DNA from: a virus
Taxonomy: Duplodnaviria > Caudoviricetes
Length of the DNA stretch: 64,000 bases
Strand: one strand, 5' to 3'
IMG/VR virus record: IMGVR_UViG_3300048861_000178
Coordinates: 192,001 to 256,000 of that record
Shown: positions 47,136 through 58,100 of the stretch, one piece after another
How the letters are laid out: each line of letters starts with the position of its first letter
Numbering within the stretch: the stretch's first letter is position 1
Translations under genes and position numbers: made by a program
The notes under the pieces: model-generated
Told to the model about the DNA's origin: nothing
Seen by the model: the letters and a program-made list of their open reading frames with translations, nothing else
Database searches by the model: none

Positions 47136-50100
47136 TTAAGCCATTTTGGACATGGAAACCGGAGCAGAGGGCATCGGCTGCGGTGTCTTCCTTTGCATAG
47201 CATCAGGCGAGAGCGTGCCCGTCGGCGTCTTCGAGTTCGCTTGGGAATTGCTCCCTTGCTTACCGGCAAAACCCACGAGTTGTTGCAACGCCGTCAGCAT
47301 CTGCTTTTGGACATCGAGCGATTGCTTGAGTACATCGGAGACCGGACCGAGTGTTTTGGCCAGATCTTGCGACTGCGCTTGGCTCTGGGCTGCCAGATCC
47401 TTACTGCGGTTCTGGAAGCCCCCCATGGCAGCGGCGGTTTGGCTATTGATGGAGTCAGGCAAGGCGCTAACTGCTGCACTCGCGCCATTATCCACCGGCC
47501 CAGCATCCGGCGCAGTTGTCGGGGTTGACTTCAATGCCGGAGCCGGACCAGGCGTCTGATCCGCGACCTTGATGATCCCGCCTGCTGCCCCTGTTGCGGC
47601 CGCCGCACCCGTACCGCCCGCACCACCTGTGGCCGGAGCACCCCCCGTCGAAGCGACTTGGGTACCCGCCTCACCTGCCTTGGCATTGGGGTCGGGCTTA
47701 CCGCCTAACTGACCTTGCTGAGCCTGACCGAGGTAAGCCTGGAACTTCGCCTGCCGATCGCTCAGGCCGTTCGTGCCACCGTTGATCGCTTTGGTGACCG
47801 AGAGCACATCGCCTGCTTTCGCAGCCGCTGAAGACACCCGATCCTTCCAGTACGCCAGCGCAATCTTAGCCGCATTGGCCGGGTCAGACGCGAGATCCGG
47901 ATTGTTCACCAGATCCAAGCCTGTCATCTTGCCGTACTTGGCGTAGTTGGCCTTACCGGTCAACTGGACGACACCCCGACCCCGATAGGTCCAGCCATCA
48001 TCCGGCGCGGTGTTCCCCATGCGACCACCGTAGATCCGATTGGCAATTGCTTGCGGACCACCAGCAGCCACATTGGCAGCATCGCCTTCACCATTAAAGT
48101 GCGACTTAAACAGACTCGCGAGCACCGAGGGTCGATAGTTCAGATTTTCCGAGAGGGACTTAAAGCCCCCGCTCTCATGGTCCATCTGCGCCATGAACAT
48201 CGCTTGCTCAGTCGGGTCACTCATGCCTGCGGTTTTCATCGCCGCAATCAACGCACCCTTAATGGCCGAGGCCGAAGCCGTGAGGGTCGCACCAATCTTA
48301 CCGGCTGCGCCCTTTGCCGCCTGGTAGCCTGACTTCAGGGCGTCGCCTGCACCCGAGATGAGACTCGACGCAGCCGAGCCTACTGAGCTGGCAGCACTCT
48401 TTGTCGCATCCCACGCATTGCCTGCAAACTGTTTGGTCTTATCCCAGGCGTTACTGATGCCTGACTTAAGATTATCCATCCAGCTCGGCTCAGGCTTGTT
48501 ATCGCCCTTGGTCGCGGCGTCGTGCTTAGCCTCGTCCTTGGCTTTCACCGCCTTGTCGTTGGTCTTCTTGTCCTTATCTTTCTCGACCTCCTTATCGTTG
48601 GCGGCTTGCACCTCGTCCATCACAGCTTTCACGTCATCGGCTCCCGCACTCAATTGCTTCTCACCCGGAATCGGTGAGACCATCGAGTTATACGGCTCAG
48701 CAGGCATGCGAATGCCTTGCAGGAAAGTCTTCTTCTCCGCTGAGGACAACTTATCGTTGGCATCCGACAACGCCGTGCCCTTCTTGATGTTATTCAAAAT
48801 AGTGAGGTGGGTGATAAAGACCGGCTTAAAGCGCCGCACGTACCAGGTGGCAAAGTTCTGCACCTGATCCTTATCCTGCAGATCGACACCCAGGCCTTCA
48901 ACGGCGCTCTTGATGTCCACCTTCTTCGGATCAATCTGCGCTTGACCACCGACGTACGTGACACCTGGCATCAATGCGTTTTCCAACGCAAACACCTTGT
49001 GCACATTGCCGTCGTCCTCGGGCTTCCAGCCGTACTGAGCGTAACGGATCTTTGAGAGCGCGTCGAGCTTGTTACGGCTCAGGAGTCGATAGCCGCCGTA
49101 CACTGCAGCCCCAGCAGCCGCAATACCGAGAGCAGGCAAGAGCACAGGCGAAGCAAGCACCGCCCCAAGTCCAGTAAGGAGTGCCCCGCCTGCAGCGCCT
49201 GCAAGGCCCAATGCTCCACCTTCAACACCGAGTAGACCAGCAGCCCCAGAAGCAAGAGACCACCCAGTCGCAGCATCACCTGCATAGCCCAACCCCTTTC
49301 CAATGGTATCGTGGCCGGTGGCATTGGCCAGTGCCGAAGCACCCGTGAGTGCTACGCCTGCACCCAAGCCTTTGCCCCACTTCAGACCGCCCATGATGCG
49401 ACTACCGAGACCCTGCTTAGCCGCACCACCTACGATGTTTTCAGCGGCTCCAGCAGCTGCACCAGCTCCGCCCTTACCGAAGAGTCGCCCCAGGCCCGGA
49501 ATCTTGCGCAGGAGTTTACCCCCAGGAATCTTGCCCAGGATCTTGTCAGCAATCGTTTGTTCGACTGCGGATTCGATCCCATCGGCCAGACCGCCCTTGG
49601 AGTCGTCTTCGTCATCGTTCTTTTTCTTGCGCTTGAATAGGCCACTGAGCAGGCTGAGAATACCGCCCTTCTTCTGGCCGTCATCGCCTTGGCCGTTCTG
49701 CCCCAGGTGCTTCTTCCACTCCTCTTCGAGCTGTTCCTTACGCGACTTGTGCTGGTCCTCGATCGAGCCCTTACGGATGATGTGCCGTTCAGGCAGGCGG
49801 TCTTTGAGCAAGTCACGAATCTCTTCCACGGCTGACATCAGTTTCTTGCCGCCACCAAAGAAAATCCCCGTCTTACCAAAGAGAGCACCCAGGCCACTGA
49901 ACATGCCCTTACCCAGACCGAACGCATGACCGATGCCTTGGTTCACCCCTCCGGCCAACCACTTAAGTGCGCCGAACCCACCGCCGAGAATCTTCGTGGC
50001 GCCTGACAGAATGCGTGCTACCCCGTGTTTGAGCGGGTTGCCGTTCTTGTCATACAGACCGCGCTTGAATTCCTCTTCGTCGAGTACCGTGACACCCTTG

Positions 50101-53100
50101 TAGTTGTAGACTTCGCCATCGATGTCTTTTGGACTCTTGATAGCTTTGTCATTGACCGCCGAGTGATAGCCGCCTGCGCGCATGGTCTTCGCGTCCAGTG
50201 CCTTACGCAGTCGCTTCGGATGATCCTTATCGAACACGTACACATCTTGCGGACCATTGGCATAACCCAGTGCGCCTTTGATGGCCAGCTCGCCGAGTTT
50301 AGCGATCGCTTTGTAGCCCGCCAGAGGGCCGCCCAAGAGGTTGCCACCGAGGAAGCTACCGAGCTTGCTGGCGACCTTGACACCGGCACCCAGACCCCTT
50401 AGCGCCTTCTTAACGAGCCCTTCTCGCACATAGGCGGTCGAGGCCTGCTCCTCGGTCATGACAATGCCTGAGGCATCGGCCACAGCACCCTGAATATCGC
50501 GCCAGGTCCTGACGGGTTTGCCCGTCTTGACATCGAAGTACTCACCAGCCTTCAGACGCGCCGCATAGAGCAGGACCTTACGCGGACCCGTTTCTTCCGA
50601 ATACACGTCCTTAAAGCCGCGGGCCTTGTCAAGCACCTTGCCTGCCAGGCCGGTTGCCATACCGCCCACCGCTTTCGCCGTGCCGAAGAGACCACCGAAG
50701 CTACTGCCGACCAGCCAGTTACCCAGCTTGCCTGCATTCTTCATGCCACCCCATGCACCCGAGGCGAGGCTCTTGACGCCGTCCTTGATGGACTTGTTCC
50801 ACCAGCGTACCTTGCCACCCGTACCTGCAGCACCTGCCGGGATCGACCCATCTGCAGCGTTACCCACCACCATCACGGGCAGTGCGTCGGCAAAGCGCTC
50901 CTGGATGGCCTTGATCCCGTCGCTAATGGACCCTACGCCTTCGGAGAGTTTCTCGAGCAGCGTCTCGATGTGGTTCTTGGCATTCTCATGCAGTGCGCGT
51001 GCACCCGAGGCCGTCCGGTTAGCAAACTCACGCGCATGATCTCGTGCATTGCTAAAGAATCCGCCAGCGCGTTGCGTACCCGCAGCCTGCAAACCTGCCG
51101 CACCTTGTACTGCACTGTGCGCCGTTGCCCCCATGGCAGAGACGGTTTGCTCCACCAACGCATTGACTTGCTGAACCGGTACTCCCAGCTTTTGCAAGTA
51201 GTTCGCCAACTGCTGACGATACTTGGGCGTGCCGACCGCGGCGTTCGGTTGCGGGCTATAGGCACCCGCATTGGCAGTCGTCGGTACAAAGCTCGGCGTA
51301 ATCAGACCAGGCGTTGCAAAGGACGGGACGGGACCGGCCGCCAATTGAGACAGGGCTTGATGCACCCCACCGCGATTTGCGCGACCAATACTGCCTGCAT
51401 TGCCACGCCGCCGACGACGACGCGGACCCACAGCAGCTGCAGCCGCCCCAGCTTGAGCGGGACGAAAACCATTCGCGGTACTGCCCGTGGCGGGGTTAAA
51501 GTCCTTACCGTAATAGTAGTCAAAGAACTGCTCGAGCTTCACGCCATCTTCGTCATCATTAAGCAGGCCCGCTTCATTCAAGAAGTCGTTCATGCCCAGA
51601 TTGGAAAAATGCTGAACCTTTTCACGCGAGGCGGACGCGTACTGACCAAACGCATTGTACGCATTGGCAAACGAGTGCTTGCGCTCGTTATCGTGATCAT
51701 TGCGGAAGTACGTCTTGAACAGATCGGCAAACGCATCAGCGTGCGGTGCGGCATCGCCATCATAACGGCGCCGGTTACCGAGCACTTCTTCGCCACCCAG
51801 TCGACCCTTGACGTTATTGCGCAAGAGTTGACTGCCCAGAATCTTCTTCTGTTCCGGGGTGAGGGTTTTACCTGTCTTGGTGGTGACTTCATCGATCAGG
51901 CTATCGATCGACTCGGTAGTCCACTTGCGCTCGTTGTCTTTGACCAGGGACTTAAACGCGTTCGTATGCACATTGCTTTGCGTGTCGAACTTGTTCTTGG
52001 TGTAGTCATAGTGCGTCATCTCGACGTTCGGGTCCCCGGTGCGGGTGACTTGCAACTCACGCAGAATCCGAGCGAGGTAGCCAGGGATGATCTCGTTCAA
52101 CGACTTCGCCGACTGACGGCTAAAGTAGGACGGCTCACCCATGCTCTCGACCGTGTCCTTTTGCAGACCGGTTTGCATCTTTTGCGACTGCTTGACATTC
52201 ATCTTCAAGAAGCGCACCAGCCCATCGGTCAAGCCGCCGTTCTCCCCCTTCGAGGAGCGAGCCCATTCACCGAGCATCTGCGGGATATTCTCCGCGCCGT
52301 ATTGCAGCTTGTTACCGAACTTCTTCACGCCCGGCATCTTCGCCAGGTGCGGGGCCATCTTCTTGGCAATCCACTGACCAATGAAGTCAGTCCCCAGCGC
52401 TCCACCCAGCATCCCGGCAGAATGGAACGGATCGGTTTGCATGCCCATCGCCTTGGCCATGTCATCGGCGTCGAGCACCCCGTTAGCGATGTCGAGCCCG
52501 GTGCGACCAATTCCCAAGCCATTCTTCACACCCCGCAAGGCATTCTTCTGCAAGTTGCCCGTGAGGTTATTCAGGAACTCCTGGCCGCGACCGAGGATCG
52601 TGCCACCAATCAGTTTCATGGCTTGTTGCTTGGCCATGTCTTTAAAGGTGTCCGAGGCCTTGAGCTTGGCTTGCTCGGGCAGCGCCGTATTGTGCACCAC
52701 ACTTTGCAGGAGCAGACGCATCTCTGCGTTGCTGCGCTTGGCTTCTTCCAGCGCGTCTACAGCAACGAAGTAATGGCGGTACTGGAGCTCGAGCGACTTG
52801 CGATGGTAGTTAGCGGTAACGTTGGACTGGTAATCCACAAGCTGAGCAATGCCAACGCGCAGCGAGTCCATCTGCTTAAGCTTGTCCCGATGGCGGACTT
52901 GTTCGAGGCCTTCACGGAGTCGATCCTTCGTGTCTGATTCAGTGGTTTGTTTGTATTGGAGTTCGGACTGCACCTGAGCGAAGCCTGCGAGCATCGCACT
53001 GATCTCGGCTTCGCGAGGATCATAGTTCGAGCTACCCGGCTTGGCGTCGGCCGTCTCGGTCCAGTCCTTCACTTGCTTCTTGAGCTTGTCCGGCATCGCC

Positions 53101-53444
53101 TGCTCCACCTTCGGGAGCAAGCGTGCCGTCGTGCGCTTCAAGTCGTTCATGAACGGCCGGATTTCCTTGGTCGTATCATCGTATAGACTTTTTATCGATC
53201 CGAACGATTTCTCGGCGAGATCATACGCGGAGCCGTATCCCCGAGGCAGGGCTTTCTCAATGACTGCCTTGACAAAGGTAGAATTCTTAGCCGACAGGCT
53301 GATGCCTTCTTTCAGGCCCGCAGCGACTTTGGTAACCGGCTTGCGGTTATCCTTCGGCGGCTTGAGATCGAAATCGAAATCAGGCACGTCAAGGTTCTTG
53401 TCGAACTGGAAATCGTTCAACGTGAATTTTTGTTGCTTGGCCAT
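47136..53444 (-). CDS. Giant tail protein / tape-measure-like (phiKZ gp181-like) with C-terminal glycoside hydrolase family 19 domain
   Basis: ~2100 aa; KSLELQYR, EIIPGYL motifs; Gly/Ala-rich and TM-like segments; AMFMAQMDHESGGF..LSENLNY, YRGRG..QLTG..NY, TKAINGG.NGL.DR. Confidence 0.8.
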   Translation of the reverse strand: MAKQQKFTLNDFQFDKNLDVPDFDFDLKPPKDNRKPVTKVAAGLKEGISLSAKNSTFVKAVIEKALPRGYGSAYDLAEKSFGSIKSLYDDTTKEIRPFMNDLKRTTARLLPKVEQAMPDKLKKQVKDWTETADAKPGSSNYDPREAEISAMLAGFAQVQSELQYKQTTESDTKDRLREGLEQVRHRDKLKQMDSLRVGIAQLVDYQSNVTANYHRKSLELQYRHYFVAVDALEEAKRSNAEMRLLLQSVVHNTALPEQAKLKASDTFKDMAKQQAMKLIGGTILGRGQEFLNNLTGNLQKNALRGVKNGLGIGRTGLDIANGVLDADDMAKAMGMQTDPFHSAGMLGGALGTDFIGQWIAKKMAPHLAKMPGVKKFGNKLQYGAENIPQMLGEWARSSKGENGGLTDGLVRFLKMNVKQSQKMQTGLQKDTVESMGEPSYFSRQSAKSLNEIIPGYLARILRELQVTRTGDPNVEMTHYDYTKNKFDTQSNVHTNAFKSLVKDNERKWTTESIDSLIDEVTTKTGKTLTPEQKKILGSQLLRNNVKGRLGGEEVLGNRRRYDGDAAPHADAFADLFKTYFRNDHDNERKHSFANAYNAFGQYASASREKVQHFSNLGMNDFLNEAGLLNDDEDGVKLEQFFDYYYGKDFNPATGSTANGFRPAQAGAAAAAVGPRRRRRRGNAGSIGRANRGGVHQALSQLAAGPVPSFATPGLITPSFVPTTANAGAYSPQPNAAVGTPKYRQQLANYLQKLGVPVQQVNALVEQTVSAMGATAHSAVQGAAGLQAAGTQRAGGFFSNARDHAREFANRTASGARALHENAKNHIETLLEKLSEGVGSISDGIKAIQERFADALPVMVVGNAADGSIPAGAAGTGGKVRWWNKSIKDGVKSLASGAWGGMKNAGKLGNWLVGSSFGGLFGTAKAVGGMATGLAGKVLDKARGFKDVYSEETGPRKVLLYAARLKAGEYFDVKTGKPVRTWRDIQGAVADASGIVMTEEQASTAYVREGLVKKALRGLGAGVKVASKLGSFLGGNLLGGPLAGYKAIAKLGELAIKGALGYANGPQDVYVFDKDHPKRLRKALDAKTMRAGGYHSAVNDKAIKSPKDIDGEVYNYKGVTVLDEEEFKRGLYDKNGNPLKHGVARILSGATKILGGGFGALKWLAGGVNQGIGHAFGLGKGMFSGLGALFGKTGIFFGGGKKLMSAVEEIRDLLKDRLPERHIIRKGSIEDQHKSRKEQLEEEWKKHLGQNGQGDDGQKKGGILSLLSGLFKRKKKNDDEDDSKGGLADGIESAVEQTIADKILGKIPGGKLLRKIPGLGRLFGKGGAGAAAGAAENIVGGAAKQGLGSRIMGGLKWGKGLGAGVALTGASALANATGHDTIGKGLGYAGDAATGWSLASGAAGLLGVEGGALGLAGAAGGALLTGLGAVLASPVLLPALGIAAAGAAVYGGYRLLSRNKLDALSKIRYAQYGWKPEDDGNVHKVFALENALMPGVTYVGGQAQIDPKKVDIKSAVEGLGVDLQDKDQVQNFATWYVRRFKPVFITHLTILNNIKKGTALSDANDKLSSAEKKTFLQGIRMPAEPYNSMVSPIPGEKQLSAGADDVKAVMDEVQAANDKEVEKDKDKKTNDKAVKAKDEAKHDAATKGDNKPEPSWMDNLKSGISNAWDKTKQFAGNAWDATKSAASSVGSAASSLISGAGDALKSGYQAAKGAAGKIGATLTASASAIKGALIAAMKTAGMSDPTEQAMFMAQMDHESGGFKSLSENLNYRPSVLASLFKSHFNGEGDAANVAAGGPQAIANRIYGGRMGNTAPDDGWTYRGRGVVQLTGKANYAKYGKMTGLDLVNNPDLASDPANAAKIALAYWKDRVSSAAAKAGDVLSVTKAINGGTNGLSDRQAKFQAYLGQAQQGQLGGKPDPNAKAGEAGTQVASTGGAPATGGAGGTGAAAATGAAGGIIKVADQTPGPAPALKSTPTTAPDAGPVDNGASAAVSALPDSINSQTAAAMGGFQNRSKDLAAQSQAQSQDLAKTLGPVSDVLKQSLDVQKQMLTALQQLVGFAGKQGSNSQANSKTPTGTLSPDAMQRKTPQPMPSAPVSMSKMA

Positions 53445-53519
53445 AAACACAGGCTCCAATGATGTCGGGCTGCTCGTGAGCCCCTCATAGGTTTGGGCTT
53501 AAAACCCGCAGGATAAGAT

Positions 53520-55148
53520 ATGCCGCAAAAATCCGACGTGCCATTTAACGTGAGTATCCTTGAACTCACGGAGAAAAAGCTCGTGGGGGTGAAGCCTGTT
53601 ACGAAACAGGACATCTTCGATGGCGCGACCCACAACTTCGATGAAGGCGGACTCTTCTCGGTGAGCATCTTCGGCAAAGTCGGGGATGAGCGCCGGAGTC
53701 AGCGCTTTTCGTTTATCGACATCAAGGCCCCGGTGTTCCACCCGGTGATCTATCGGGCACTCGCCCAGCTCAAGCGTCTCTATGCCGCGATTATGGCAGG
53801 CACTGAGTACGCCGTATGGAATCCGGAAACCAAAGACTTTGAGCGCAGCAATTCGATTACCGGTCGCACCGGCTACGCGTTCTTTCTGGAATACTGGAAG
53901 CTCATCGAATTCGGTGACACCAAGAGTGTGACACGGGAAATGAATGTGTCGCTCTTGAAGAAGTTCCAGAGCGTGGCCCTCACGAGCAAAGTGATCGTGA
54001 TGCCTGCGGGGATGCGCGACGTGGAGCTCGATGGTGGTCGGGTGCAGATGGATGAAATCAACACCTTTTACCGCAAGCTGCTGGCGATCTCCAACACCAT
54101 CTCCGAAGCGTCGGTGAAGACTGCGCCGGAAGTGATCAACACCGCGCGCTATAACTTGCAGCTCACCTTTAACCAGTTGTACGACATGCTGGAAAATATG
54201 GTGCAGGGCAAGAAGAAGCTGCTGATGGGCAAGTGGGCCAGTCGACGGATTCAGGACGGTACGCGTAACGTGATTACCGCAATGGATACGTCCAGTCCTT
54301 ATCTGGGCGCGCCCGATGCAGTGGGCTTTAACAACACGGTGATCGGCCTGTACCAGATGTTGAAAGCGTCGCGCCCGATTGCGATGTACAACATTCGCAA
54401 CGGCTTTCTCTCCAAAGTGTTCTTTGAAGTGGGTCGGCCAGTCAAGCTGATTGACAAGAAGACGCTGCGCCCAGTCGAAGTCACCCTCAAGACGCAAAGC
54501 TACGATCGCTGGATGACCAACGAAGGCATCGAGAAGGTGATCACGTCATTTGGGGACGAGGACCTGCGCCATAAGGCGCTGGAGATTGAAGGCTATTACC
54601 TGGGTCTGATCTACAAGGGCCCGGACGGGACCTACAAGATCTTCCAGGACATTGGTGATGTGCCCATTGAGCGCAGTCGCAAAGATGTGACGCCACTCAC
54701 GTTTTGTGAGCTACTCTATCTGTCGACCTTCCAGGCCATCAACGGCTTGCCGCTCTTTGTGACGCGTTACCCGGTGACCGGGGTGGGCTCGATCTATCCG
54801 TCGCTCGCCTATGTGAAGACGACGATTAAGGCTGAGGTCCGCAAGGAGCTCGATGAGCAGTGGCAACTACGACTGGATGCGCCGGTGGCGTATCAGTTCC
54901 CAATTACGGGCGGTGCGTTTATCAACTCACTGGTGCCGCACTCGGCCAAGCTTGGCAAACTGGGCGCGGACTTTGACGGCGATACCGCCTCGGGTAACGT
55001 CACGTATTCGGACGAATCCATCGCGGAAGTCAAGGCACACCTGAGTAAGAAGCGCGCCTATGTCGGTACCGACGGCTCCTTCATGTCCAGTATCGAAGTC
55101 TCGACCGTGTCCTTGGTGTTCCACAATCTGACAGGTTACGATTCATGA
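53520..55148 (+). CDS. rpoC: Virion RNA polymerase beta-prime subunit, catalytic part (phiKZ gp180-like)
   Basis: GLFS..IFG, GTRNVIT, TRYP, LGADFDGD catalytic motif. Confidence 0.9.
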   Translation: MPQKSDVPFNVSILELTEKKLVGVKPVTKQDIFDGATHNFDEGGLFSVSIFGKVGDERRSQRFSFIDIKAPVFHPVIYRALAQLKRLYAAIMAGTEYAVWNPETKDFERSNSITGRTGYAFFLEYWKLIEFGDTKSVTREMNVSLLKKFQSVALTSKVIVMPAGMRDVELDGGRVQMDEINTFYRKLLAISNTISEASVKTAPEVINTARYNLQLTFNQLYDMLENMVQGKKKLLMGKWASRRIQDGTRNVITAMDTSSPYLGAPDAVGFNNTVIGLYQMLKASRPIAMYNIRNGFLSKVFFEVGRPVKLIDKKTLRPVEVTLKTQSYDRWMTNEGIEKVITSFGDEDLRHKALEIEGYYLGLIYKGPDGTYKIFQDIGDVPIERSRKDVTPLTFCELLYLSTFQAINGLPLFVTRYPVTGVGSIYPSLAYVKTTIKAEVRKELDEQWQLRLDAPVAYQFPITGGAFINSLVPHSAKLGKLGADFDGDTASGNVTYSDESIAEVKAHLSKKRAYVGTDGSFMSSIEVSTVSLVFHNLTGYDS

Positions 55149-58100
55149 TTTTCTACAACAACTTCTTTCGACGCTTTGGCGTGCGTACGGCTTCGCAGTT
55201 GACGAACCCGCCCATGCCCAAGCTCGATTTGCTGGAGCTGCCGCGTGAGTCGATCTTTCACTACGTGAGTGAAAGCGCGGTGGACATCGGCCCGCGTTCG
55301 GATGAATTTCTCTTTCGGCATGTGGCGCGGCCCATTCCGATCATGCACCAGATCGAGTTGCTCTCGGACAAGGGCATGCCGCGGCGCGTGGCGGTACCGG
55401 TGGAAACGGAGATTCGCAAGTACCACCAGCATCATCGTCGGTTTCGTCGGCAGATTAACCTGAACGCAGCACTGCGTGATGTGAATGTCCCGTTCGTGAT
55501 GAACTACGGCTTTCTGGCGGGACTCTACCGTTATCAGCGTTCGATGTTTGCTGAGTACAACCGCTGGTACAATATTGCGGCCACGGTCTGGAAGCGCATT
55601 GGCGATCTGGCGAAAGACTCGACCCGCCACCAGTTCATCGAGATTCGACTGCCGAAGATTCTGCCGGGTTTGACCGATCTGCGCATTGCCTCGGAGTCGC
55701 TTATCGAAGGCGACGTGCTGAGCTACGCCAGTGAAGGCATCAAGCTGGCATTGGAGTCCGTCGATCAGGAGTATCTGGACCTGGTGCAAGCCTCGCCCCA
55801 CTATGTGGATAGCGTCTCGATGGAGGCGATGAACCAGCGTACGCTTAAGGTGTTCCATACACCGGAAGCCCTGATGCTGCTCGAGCTGTGGAAGTGGGCC
55901 GGTGACGCGCGTCATAGCTCGTTGATTGCCAACGTCAATGATGAGCATCTGGATCGCGTGAATCTGATCTTCACGGAATCGGGTCGCTGGTTCGTGGTGA
56001 ACCTAGGTGTCATCAATCGCTGGCGTGTGGCAACCGAGGAAGAGCTCGCGGCGAACCCGCAAGCGAACCAGAAGGGATTGTCGCCGGTGCAGATGCAACG
56101 GCGCTTGCTGCGCATGTCGATGTCGCTCTTTCAAGTGCGCACTGATGTGGGTCCGGAAGCTGAAGACGCGGCGCAAGACGAAGAGTCGATCCAGGCAGCG
56201 GATGCGCAAGACGCGAACGCCGATGGCGTGCCAGAAGCGCAGCATTACGACCCTGATGAACAGTTCGATGCAGACAAGGGCGACGAGGAAGACGAGAGTC
56301 TCTTGCCGACCTTCAAGCAAACGGGCAGTCTTCCCAAGGTCGATCCGATTACCGGCGAGGCGATTCTCAAGCCCACGGCGGTGAAGACGAATGCGGCCAC
56401 GAGCACCCCGACCGATGAATTCACGCCTACTGAAAAGGCCGAGGACTTTGTCTTTGACCCGACTGAAGACGCGCAGATTGAAAAGGATCTGCAAGAGCTC
56501 GATAAGCTCAGTCGTCAAGCAGTCGCAGTGGGTGCGGGTGAGATTCCGCATCCGGTGGAAGTGGTTGAGCTCAATGACGTCCCGCAACCCGAAGACGGCG
56601 TGATTGCGCTACTCAATCGGCTGGCGGATGACGGCATGGTGAGTGCGGCTGAGTATCGGCGCTTCACGCAACTGGCTCAGTCCCCCAAGAACCTGCCTGC
56701 GCCCAAGGGCGAAGGTAATCTGCACGACTTCTCGCAAGTGCAGCCGCACGAAACCAAGATGGATAAGTCACCCTCCATCAAGGACATTCCGACCGTGCTG
56801 GATAAGACGATGCTCAAGTCGTCGCTGCTGGAGTTCGATCAGCGCTACATCGAAACGCTGCTGGAAAAGGACGTGGCAGGGATGGTCCTGGCGTTGCAAA
56901 ACGCTGGGATCTGCGTGACGTCCTACGAGCGCGAAGAAGTGGATGACGTGATGGGTTCGTACGTGATGTACCACGTGCGGATTGTGCCGGTCCAAGGCAC
57001 GGCTTCGACGCTGCACTTTAAGCTGCCGCTGTTGCAAGACGATGGCACTTACATGGCTAACGGCACACGCTATCGCATCCGTAAGCAAAAGGGTGACATG
57101 CCGATCCGTAAGATCGCACCGGACCGCGTGGCCCTCACCTCTTACTACGGTAAGGTGTTTGTGTCGCGTAGCGAAAAGCGGGTGAATGACCGGGCACAGT
57201 GGTTGCGTAATGCGATCATGGCGATGGGGCTGGATAACGAGAACACCACGGTGGTGAATCTGCATCCGGGTGACGTGTTCGATAACCTCTTTGAAGCCCC
57301 GCGTCTGTATTCCTCGATGTCGATGGGCTTTCGCGGTTTCACGGTGGATTCGGCCCATTTCCCGAAGAAGCTTAACTTCCTCTTTGATCACTCCAAGCGC
57401 GACAAGCTCTACGGCCCGGACGTGGTCAAGGCGCTCGAAGTAGGTGGCCGTCTGGTGTGTGGTCAAGCCGAAGGGGGCGAGTACATCGTCATGGATCGCG
57501 AGGGGGACTTCTTCCTGGCGACGCTTAAAGACGGTGTCAGTCTGGTGACGGGTGACGCTATCCCGCCGCTTGAGGAGTTGCTCGATCTGGAAGCCAAGAA
57601 AGCCCCGGTGGAGTTTGCGGAGCTCAAGGTACTGGGTCGTACGATTCCGCTGGCCGTGGTGCTGGGTTACCAGATGGGCTTGGAAAAGCTCATGCGGGCG
57701 TTGAAGGTGACGGCACGGCGTGTGAACGCGGGTCAGCGTCTGAACCTGCAAGACAACGAGTACGCGATTGCGTTCTCGGATGAGACGTTGATCTTCCCGC
57801 GCGATAACACCTTCGCAGCGATGATTCTCGGGGGCTTTAACGAGTTCCACCGGCAGATCCGTAACTACAGCGTGTTCGAGTTTGATCGACGCGGTGTCTA
57901 TCTGAATATCCTCGAAGGCAATGGACGTTCGGAGCGGTATCTGCGTGAGATCGATTTGATGTACCAGATGTTTATCGATCCGATCACACGGGAAATCTTG
58001 CAGGGCATGAAAGAGCCGTTGACCTTCCAGGGTCTCTTGGTGCGCTCGGTGGAGATGCTACTCTCGGACACCCACCCTGATGAGCTCGATCCGAAGTACA

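Noticed and set aside
50970-52937. 655 aa plus-strand ORF and similar long antisense ORFs (e.g. 14798-16345, 43523-44884, 59930-61420, 28782-29972)
   Set aside because: They lie opposite well-supported genes, have no motifs, and are expected from GC-rich codon bias
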